From Vitrella brassicaformis CCMP3155 (lineage: Eukaryota; Protista; Chromerida): a stretch of 9,177 bases of DNA. Numbering within the stretch: the stretch's first letter is position 1; each line of letters begins with the position of its first letter. The notes beneath the pieces were generated by a model, which was not told where the DNA came from, ran no database searches, and saw nothing but the letters and a program-made list of their open reading frames with translations. Below are positions 1 to 7,190 of the stretch, piece by piece. The translations under genes and the position numbers were made by a program. The stretch spans positions 1 through 9,177 of the forward strand of contig CDMY01000944.1 in the NCBI GenBank assembly GCA_001179505.1, read 5' to 3'.

Positions 1-460
1 GCAGACCTGTCTCTCTATTTCGTGCTTTTCCGGTGACCGTTGGCAGCTCTCGTGCGTGTCTTGCTTGGCGGGCTGGCCATGCCCATGATGGACTCGTGCG
101 TTGCGTGCCTTGCGTAAAGGCTTGTACGGCAGAGATTGATCCTTCTGACCACGGTGTGTGTTCGGCACACAGCAACTTCAACACCCCATACGTGACGTGA
201 CGTGTGTCGGTCGATCGATCGAGTGCAGCTAGCTGCGTACACACCAGGCCCGGCTCCCCTTCATACAATGAATGAAGCGACCCACCCAACCCAGTCCACC
301 GAATCACCCACGCCACGAAACAAACGGTTCAAAAAGGCGGGCGTGTTTCTCTCCCTCTCCCCCTTGTAAGTAAGCGTGTGTGAAACAACAGTACAGACAT
401 CTAAGCAAATGCCTGGCTGGGGGTCCGGTCCGCCCGAAAGGTGTGCAATGGGCCTAGGCA

Positions 461-800
461 CATTGCCAGCAATAGAGGTCAGGTACCCGCAATAGACCTC
501 CATTGCCAGCAATGAGGATCTATTGCCAGCAATAGGGCTCTGTTGCCAGCAATAGGCCTCTGTTGCCAGCAATAGGCCTCTGTTGCCAGCAATAGGCCTC
601 TGTTGCCAGCAATAGGGCTCTGTTGCCAGCAATAGGGCTCTGTTGCCAGCAATAGGGCTCTGTTGGCAGCAATAGGGCTCTGTTGGCAGCAATAGGCCTC
701 TGTTGCCAGCAATGGAGGTCTATTGCCAGGAATGGAGGTCAGTTGCCAGCAATGAAGGTTCACCGACGGCAAAGGGGGTCCATTGCCAGCAATGGACATT
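461..800. repeat. 20-bp minisatellite, 17 units, consensus TGTTGCCAGCAATAGG(G/C)CTC
   Basis: Exact 20-nt periodicity from 461 to 800. Central units (521-700) are nearly identical and edge units are degenerate. Most units contain the dyad (A/G)TTGC-CA-GCAAT. Confidence 0.97.
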
Positions 801-831
801 CATTGTGCGTGTATTGAAAGTCTATCTTCAG

Positions 832-1095
832 TGTCAGCTCAATCACGATGGGGTCCTCAGATTCAACAAGCAACTCCCAGTGTTGTCAGCCGACAAAGAG
901 GATATAGATAGGGCTGTTGACATGGCTGTTGAGTCTAGGGCGTGGGCACGGGAGCAGGTGCCTTCTCTAAAGCTGGCCGCTCAGGCAGTGGAAGAACAGG
1001 CCATGTCGAAAGTGAAGAATGATGAGTGTGTGGCTATGCGTACGAGGGTGGGGAAGAAGAGGAAAAGGGAGCCGTTGCCCGAAAAGGACGATTAG
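832..1095 (+). CDS. Candidate terminal exon or gene fragment, 87 aa (CQLNHDGVLRFNKQ...VGKKRKREPLPEKDD*), with a C-terminal KKRKR NLS-like motif; product unknown
   Basis: Acceptor-like gtctatcttcag ends at 831. The frame is open with helical-looking composition to TAG at 1093-1095. No in-frame upstream coding exon was found; the ORF-track start at 703 lies in the minisatellite. Confidence 0.4.
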   Translation, partial: CQLNHDGVLRFNKQLPVLSADKEDIDRAVDMAVESRAWAREQVPSLKLAAQAVEEQAMSKVKNDECVAMRTRVGKKRKREPLPEKDD

Positions 1096-1103
1096 TCATT
1101 GAA

Positions 1104-1128
1104 TTGTAACAAAATGTATATACACTGA
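1104..1128 (-). mobile_element. 5' terminus of a second Helitron-like element (TCAGTGTATATACATTTTGTTACAA) reading leftward; 3' end not securely located
   Basis: Matches 2090-2113 except for one extra A. It starts with TC immediately after the CTAG end of the element at 1129-2113. Confidence 0.55.
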
Positions 1129-1175
1129 CTAGCGGTAGCCCGTGCTTCGCGCGGGGAGCATTAGATAAATCACAG

Positions 1176-1645
1176 GCAGACCCAAAGAGCTGAGCGACAG
1201 ATCAGAGACGACTGTTGTTTGTGCGCCAAAAATGGAGACACACGAACAAGATGTGTTGGCATTGAAGATCACATACACAATCCCATACACAGAAAACAGC
1301 CAAGGATCGGAAGCCCATATATACACAATGACAACAGGCAGCGATAGAGCCACAGAAGTCTTCGCATTAGCAGAGACACGTGAGAGACACGCGTTTGAAA
1401 CAGCACTGCTTCTGTCAAAGGCCAGATATATTAGATGTAGGAAGCTCAGGAAAACAACGGCAAAAGGCTTTCGTTGAGAAGCCTCGTGTGGGGCGCTCTC
1501 TGCTGGCAGCCATGTGATGGGCTTCACTCGACCGCAGCTCAGGGCGAACCACGCACAGTCATGTTGGAGAGCACCGACACACATCCCCCCCCTCCCGGCA
1601 GGCGTCAGTGAGGAATGCCGTCAGATGAAGGACTTTGAGGCTTGA
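1176..1645 (+). pseudogene. Probable captured gene fragment inside the Helitron: exon 1176-1436 plus exon 1602-1645 (or unspliced frame to 1477); weakly PH-like fold
   Basis: The frame is open from 1169 to 1477 with a cacag acceptor at 1175. A phase-1 donor (gtagga, 1437) joins in frame to the acceptor ccccccctcccggcag (1601), giving ...SKARYIRCVSEECRQMKDFEA*. HIYTMTT/TEVFAL/ETRERHAFETALL resembles a strand-strand-helix PH C-terminus (by eye). Confidence 0.35.
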
Positions 1646-1871
1646 TCTCTGACCCATTCGCTTGGCTGACTGGTGGTCTGTCGTTGGGGCTGCTCGTGCT
1701 GGCCCAACGGAGATGACCGATAAACAAAACGACCCGCTGCGGTCACCACAGAACAATCACTGCGCCGACCAGCAAAGTAGACACGCCTCTCATCGCCGTC
1801 GCTTCTGTTGCTTGATGTGAAGAGGCCGTCGCTCTTTGTCAAACTGCTCTTACAGGGTGCGTGAGGAAATG

Positions 1872-1984
1872 CACACGCACACACATAAACACAGAGACAC
1901 AGAGACACACAGACACACAGACACACAGACACACAGACACACACACACACAGACACACACAGACAGAGAGAGAGAGAGAGAGAC
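1872..1984. repeat. Compound microsatellite (CA)n / (GACACACA)n / (GA)n inside the Helitron
   Basis: Directly visible in the sequence. Confidence 0.95.
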
Positions 1985-2366
1985 CGTGCGACTTTGATGA
2001 GACTGTGCGACTTTGATCTCTAGCCTTGTTCGCTGCTCTCACCCAGCTGAGCCGTCAGTAGCTGCTCTCACCCAAGCGGACGACGACCGTTGTAACAAAT
2101 GTATATACACTGATTGAAAGATTCTCGTCGATGATCTTCTGAGACGTCATTCATTCAATGTTTTCCCCACATCTACAGATAGGCTTCGTTGCCTTCAAAT
2201 GCCTCATCGGGGAGATGTTCTCTCCACTGACACGTTGCATCATGAATGGCTACAGACGTCGACGCGTCACCTCCGGTTCGCTCCGTAGGTGAAAATAGAA
2301 GAGCCGAACATCATACACTAGTCTTCGGGGTAGATGGATGTCGTCCGAGAGAGAGGCGAACACCTA

Positions 2367-2666
2367 NNNNNNNNNNNNNNNNNNNNNNNNNNNNNNNNNN
2401 NNNNNNNNNNNNNNNNNNNNNNNNNNNNNNNNNNNNNNNNNNNNNNNNNNNNNNNNNNNNNNNNNNNNNNNNNNNNNNNNNNNNNNNNNNNNNNNNNNNN
2501 NNNNNNNNNNNNNNNNNNNNNNNNNNNNNNNNNNNNNNNNNNNNNNNNNNNNNNNNNNNNNNNNNNNNNNNNNNNNNNNNNNNNNNNNNNNNNNNNNNNN
2601 NNNNNNNNNNNNNNNNNNNNNNNNNNNNNNNNNNNNNNNNNNNNNNNNNNNNNNNNNNNNNNNNNN
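2367..2666. other. Assembly gap (300 N)
   Basis: Run of N. The four ORF-track entries spanning it are artefacts. Confidence 0.99.
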
Positions 2667-2750
2667 GTCGGTGGTCGTCTGCTGCCGTATGGATGGACAA
2701 ATCAGTCATGTCTCGGGCGATGTCCTCATGCAATGAACTCGCCGACGCAT

Positions 2751-3036
2751 CTATTGACCCTTCCCTGGGGAGTTTTTTGGTGTCTTTTTTTTCGTCCCGT
2801 TTGCCTTGTCCCGGTGCGTCCCGTTTGCGGTGCTCACGGAGATCGGATAAAAATGCAACTGGGCCAGAAGTTTTTGCTGTGGCTCGCCCAGTGGGCAAGA
2901 AGCGTCCGATCGGGGTTCGTTACTATCCGTTTTTTCTCTGTTCGCTAAGGGATGTAGCTTGACACACTGAAGCAAGGCGAGTCAGTGAGGTTGGTTGGGA
3001 GAGATTCTCTTCCGTAGAAGCGCTCACCGCGCCCAT
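2751..3036 (-). CDS. Tentative small spliced gene: exon 3036-3028 (MGA), intron 3027-2967, exon 2966-2751 (CVKLHPLANREKTD...); ~74 aa, 3' structure uncertain
   Basis: A 61-nt intron with GTGAGC donor, CTGAC branch, pyrimidine tract and CAG acceptor. The ATG has an upstream in-frame stop. A second GTGAGC at 2837 could change the C-terminus. Confidence 0.3.
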
Positions 3037-3438
3037 TGGCTTTACTCAGTGACGTGCTGACTCTGACTGCCTCGTGAAGGATGGTTGGGAGCGTGCTTGA
3101 GATCGGAACGGCCACCTCGAGATCTGCTGGAGCACACGCAACGTGACGGCAAGTGACGTCTTGACGTGTTCAAGCGAACAATCAGAAAGGTTTAACTGCA
3201 CCCCCCCAATTTACGAGGGCGTTGCGGCCTTTCAGCAAAGCTTTCGGCTTCCTTTTTTCACCCAAAGGCTTACTAAGATCTTCGCGGGGCTCCATCCGCC
3301 GCACCTTCACTCCACGCCAGGTCCGCCCATCCGTCCCTTCTACGGTCTAGCCACATCTCCCCCCGTTTCTCCCTCTTGTGCTGTCTATGTGCGTGTGTGT
3401 TCCTGTTGTCCTTTTGTTGTTGTCGGCGCGGCAGGCCA

Positions 3439-4195
3439 ATGCATCCCGGCGTGCCCAGATCACTGGTCCTCCTCGGCCTCGTCCTCATACTAGGCTTCTC
3501 GTCGGCGGCAGTCGTTGTCTCCCGACCAAACAACACCAGCCGCCCACGCCCATCCCGTTCCTACGGCGCAGGTGTGTCCCTGCTGACTTCAAATGCCCTG
3601 GATATTTCCTCGCGAAAGAGTGGGCTCACCTCCGCGACAGATGGCGATCAGCTAGGAGCAAATGATGGCAAAACTTCTTCACTTAGCCAGTTCGTTCTCG
3701 GTCCATCTCGCCCGACCATGGAGCCTGAACCAGGCATGCAGGCGTACATGGACCCGTATCCCAAGTACAAGAAGTATCGACACCGCAGGGGCGGGGATGA
3801 CTATGACGAGCATGATGATGACGACGAGTATTCCAAGTACAAGAAGTATCGACACCGCAAGGGCGGGGATGACTATGACGAGCATGATGATGACGACGAC
3901 GAGTATTCCAAGTACAAGAAGTATCGACACCGCAAGGGCGGGGATGACGATGACGAGCATGATGATGACGACGACGAGTATTCCAAGTACAAGAAGTATC
4001 GACACCGCAAGGGCGGGGATGACGATGACGAGCATGATGATGACGAGTACTCCAAGTACAAGTATCGAAACAAAGCCAAGCACCGCGCCATTCACGAGGT
4101 TTCTAGAAAGACATTCGACTGTTCGTCAAATTACGGTCTTCGACTGCTGCGATCAGGTATACAAGAAGCATCTCCGCGCGTCATTCCTTGCATAG
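3439..4195 (+). CDS. Secreted repeat protein: signal peptide plus 4 x (KYKKYRHRKGGDD(Y/D)DEHDDDDDEYS); preferred model 3439-4098 joined to 4157-4195 (232 aa), unspliced alternative ends at 4302
   Basis: ATG 3439 follows a cag acceptor at 3434 and starts MHPGVPRSLVLLGLVLILGFSSAAVVVS (hydrophobic signal). In-frame tandem repeats follow. A 58-nt GT-AG intron (4099-4156) gives the ending HEVYKKHLRASFLA*, which echoes the repeat motif. Confidence 0.85.
3761..4068 (+). repeat. Coding tandem repeat, units of 72, 75, 75 and 69 nt plus a partial fifth
   Basis: Units start at 3761, 3833, 3908, 3983 and 4052 (CCAAGTACAAG). Length differences are whole GAT/GAC codons, so the frame is preserved. Confidence 0.97.
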
Positions 4196-4842
4196 TGGAC
4201 GATCCGCATTTGTCTTATGCAAGCTGGCGAACCAAGATTTGGGTCACTCCACCCGCACGAGACATAGTGTATGTGTCGACTGACGTGCCGATAAGAACTT
4301 AGAGTAGGGAAGCAATGATGGAACGCTTCGATGTGTCACTTACACGACAAATCCTTTGTTAAGATATCCCGAACGATCCATGCCGAAATACGGACACTTC
4401 ACGATGTCGAGGGCCGATAATATCATAAATGAGAAGTCCCACACACAACAAACAAAACAACATCACACGCCGTCAAATCTACCCATCTACAATGGGGTGG
4501 GTTCGTGCTCGTCTGTCTGTTGCGTTGGCGCGGAGTGCGAGTATGTGTGTGCGTGGTGGGCGGCGCCGCTGGGAGATACGACAGGCGGGCGCTGAGGATG
4601 GTGCTGGCATGTTTGTCGCATGATTGAGGGTTGGTCGATGTTGACGCAGTTCGTTTCATGAGAGAGCGACAGACTCCGCCTGCCGTTGCGCTATGAGTTA
4701 ACGTATGTCACACCCATCTACAATCCATGCGTACTGTCTACCCTGGCTGTTCATAGATTGTACGTTGACGAGCGCTGGCTAAACGTCTGTGCGCATGACA
4801 TGTGTTGATAAAATGTACAGAAGTGAAATGTATGAATACATA

Positions 4843-5437
4843 TTAGACACTACGTTGACGGATGCATGGTCTTGAATGGTCGGGAAGGAGAGACACTCGA
4901 AGCGTGGATCGACTGGAGGACCTTCGCATCAAAGCAGTGCTCACCTGTTCGACTTGGTTGAATTGCGCAATCCACATTCAAGCTGCATCAAACAATTAGG
5001 AAGCCCCAAATCGCGAGAGAGTGAATCAATGGCTTGTTCTAGATGAGACATGAAAAGACGCTCACATGACATCAAATCATGGTTCACAATCACGGGAATC
5101 ATGAGAATGAATCGAAAGTTTTGTTGCACAAGATACAAAATCAGCATTGATTGAAAAGTTTGTTCGTTCTTGTTCTACTACACGCATAGGGAGACACGTG
5201 CACAGAATGAGGCATTTGAAGGCCACGTGAGTATCCAGGATGGCTCTGCAGACTTCCCTGAGACGCCCTGGCTGGTTTCCAGGTGTGGATCATCAGTTGT
5301 TCTTGTCGAGAGACAATCTGCATTAACCGTAAGACTCGTCTGTGTGTCCGTGACACTCGGCTTTTGGACTGTCTGTATCTATCATTTCATTCGGATCTCA
5401 CACCACCCCGTGCAAGCCTCCTCCCCTGATCGCACAT
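4843..5437 (-). CDS. Tentative 5-exon hypothetical protein, 110 aa (exons 5437-5402, 5317-5227, 5177-5094, 5038-4945, 4870-4843)
   Basis: Phases are consistent across four GT-AG introns (84, 49, 55 and 74 nt), but two donors are weak (gtggcc, gtgatt). No motif is recognisable, and strong + strand donors (5227, 5329) compete with this model. Confidence 0.22.
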
Positions 5438-5444
5438 TTTTTAA

Positions 5445-5590
5445 AACGTCTCAAAGGTGTCAAAACAATATTTAGAAACCGGGAAACCGCAGAAAAATAT
5501 TTAAAACAACGCAAAAAATAAAAAATTGAGGAGAAAAACCCGCCAAACAAGGGACACATTTAAAAGCCGCAAAAAAGGAAGGAGAAAACT
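5445..5590. promoter_or_regulatory. A-tract-rich intergenic patch, possible promoter or nucleosome-depleted region
   Basis: Dense A-runs interrupted by CG-containing cores, unlike the flanks. Similar patches occur near 315-345, 3230-3290 and 6365-6440. Function is inferred only. Confidence 0.3.
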
Positions 5591-5692
5591 ACGAATCTGG
5601 TTTGCCTGCCTCTTCTCCCTCCATCCCCCTCTCCCTCCCTCCCTGCCTTCACACCTCATTTGTCTGTGGTGGGCGTGGCCGTCTGTGTGTGG

Positions 5693-5722
5693 TGGATGGA
5701 TGGATGGATGGATGGATGGATG
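5693..5722. repeat. (TGGA)n tetranucleotide microsatellite, ~7 copies
   Basis: Directly visible in the sequence. Confidence 0.95.
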
Positions 5723-6025
5723 CTGCACACTTCTGCCTGCTTGCCTCCCTTCTGTCCGTGGTATGTGCGCGCGTATGTGTCTTGGTCGATGCATGGAAAC
5801 TTATGTCCAGACGCCTGTGTGAGAACAACTGCATATCTGTGAACACACAATTTGAATCACGTACAGCTTCCTGTCTTCTCTCGCAAACCAATGTGCTTCA
5901 CACATCGAAGTGGAGGACACTCGTTTGTATTGACCGCACAGTCCATTTGCCTTCATGCTTACACACACACACGCACGGCGCATTTCATGAGTTCAACCTT
6001 TTCTGCTAGAGAAGTTGTTTCTCCA

Positions 6026-6316
6026 TCAGAAAAACTCAAACAGATTCTTAGGTACATCCCCCTCCCTCCCCCACGCAGACAGCTTCGTGCACGTGCCGCG
6101 CTTGCAGTTGACACAGTCAGTGCAGAGGCGCTTCTTTTTCCGGCAGTCACATGCTCGGCTGCATGTGGACAGCGCAGACTTCCCATTCGCGTTGCATGCG
6201 CGGCAGGGGAGCGCGCTGCCGTCTCGCGGGATGAGGGTCGCTGGAGGTGGCTGAGTGTAGTCCGACACAAGCTCCCCTCTCCGAAAAGGAGGAGAAGCAG
6301 CCGAGAAATCACCGCC
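6026..6316 (-). CDS. Exon or partial CDS encoding a 9-Cys CXC-like (MSL2/tesmin-type) zinc-cluster domain; N-terminus unresolved
   Basis: 6205-6089 translates to CRACNANGKSALSTCSRACDCRKKKRLCTDCVNCKRGTC, spacing C-x2-C-x10-C-x3-C-x-C-x6-C-x2-C-x2-C-x4-C with a basic patch. There is no in-frame ATG after the upstream TGA (6319-6317), so an upstream exon is required. Confidence 0.6.
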   Translation of the reverse strand, partial: GGDFSAASPPFRRGELVSDYTQPPPATLIPRDGSALPCRACNANGKSALSTCSRACDCRKKKRLCTDCVNCKRGTCTKLSAWGREGDVPKNLFEFF

Positions 6317-7190
6317 TCAATAACAAAGAGATAGCAATCACTCAATCAATCGATCTACCAATGAATAATCAACGATTTTCCCCGATTTTTCCTGTGTCTC
6401 GGAACCAAGAATACCCATTTTCCGCGGGCGAAAACCCAAGGGCCGTCGCCCCCCCACAGCCCCCCATCGTTCTACAAGGCAGCCAGTGCTCTCTGTTGCA
6501 ATCTGTCTGTCCGCCGGTGCCAGTGTAGGAGGGGTAGACAGGCCGCGTGCATGCTCTGCATGTACATGGTGCCAGTTTAGTGCGTGAGACAGGATCCCTC
6601 CGGGGTTACAGACACGAGTCTCGTTAAACACAATCAAGCAACCAACCAACCAACCAGGCATCTCAGTAGCCGCTACTTCTGCTGCGGCTTTGGCTGTCTT
6701 CGGAAGCAATGTTGTCAAGACATTGAAGGAGTAATTTTCTTTAATTCGCGAAAAACAGGGAGTTAATCTGAACATTGTCGTTCGCAGCGCATTGCATATC
6801 CTCCTGTTTGCTGTCTGCCCTCTGCGTGCTGCGTGTTGCGTGTTAGGGTGCGTGTATTCATGTTGACCAACAGGGGACTTGGCCGTCAGGCCGCCTAGGG
6901 TGCTGCCTGAAACCGCTGCTGCGGATCTAAACATTGCAAATCCAGGAAGGAGCCTTGGACGGGGATTGTATCCCGTTTGTAATACAGACTTAATGCGAAC
7001 ACAGTGACATTCCACGTTGCAAATGAATGCACGTGACCACACCTCAGTCCCCCATTACTACGCACCTCGCCGTCAAGCAATCGGCGAGCTTGCCCCCACG
7101 ATCCATGAACTCCCAAGTGTGGTAAGAGCGACCTGCGGTGCCTCGGCCAGCCCACGTCAACGCATACAGCAGTGTGCTCCTGACTGAGGA

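Larger units (their letters stand above)
1129..2113 (-). mobile_element. Non-autonomous Helitron-like (rolling-circle) element, ~985 bp
   Basis: The minus strand reads A|TCAGTGTATATACATTTGTTACAA...CCCGCGCGAAGCACGGG-CTACCG-CTAG|T. It shows a 5' TC (2113-2112), a GC-rich 17-nt hairpin with a GAA loop (1139-1155) 6 nt before the 3' CTAG (1132-1129), and insertion between A and T. There are no TIRs and no Rep/helicase ORF. Confidence 0.75.

Noticed and set aside
326-342. E2F/CHR-like motif (TTCAAA next to GGCGGG) as a target of the CXC protein
   Set aside because: The motifs are short, the spacing is non-canonical, and there is no evidence linking them.
261-799. Minus-strand ORFs 261-692 and 479-799
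   Set aside because: They are periodic translations of the 20-bp minisatellite.
461-800. CRISPR-like array
   Set aside because: Units are directly adjacent with no unique spacers, there are no cas genes, and the context is eukaryotic.
1621-2042. Minus-strand ORFs with VCVCVSVC runs
   Set aside because: They are microsatellite translations. The remaining sequence has no recognisable motif.
1104-2113. LTR pair (TGTAAC start) or plain 24-bp target-site duplication
   Set aside because: Similarity stops after 24-25 bp, and there is no PBS, PPT or gag-pol. The TC, hairpin and CTAG at exact boundaries fit Helitron termini better. A TSD is not formally excluded.
2246-2962. Long ORFs spanning 2367-2666
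   Set aside because: They are open only because of the N gap.
3662-4195. Alternative-frame Thr/Met ORF and the hydrophobic antisense ORF 3679-4095
   Set aside because: They are shadow frames of the coding repeat; GAT/GAC codons give Ile/Val on the opposite strand.
4481-4724. Direct repeat ACCCATCTACAAT at 4481 and 4712
   Set aside because: A 13-mer match is roughly expected by chance in 9 kb, and it does not extend.
5501-6009. Several overlapping ORFs around the TGGA repeat
   Set aside because: This is low-complexity intron or UTR-like sequence (CT, TGGA and CA runs) with no coherent protein.
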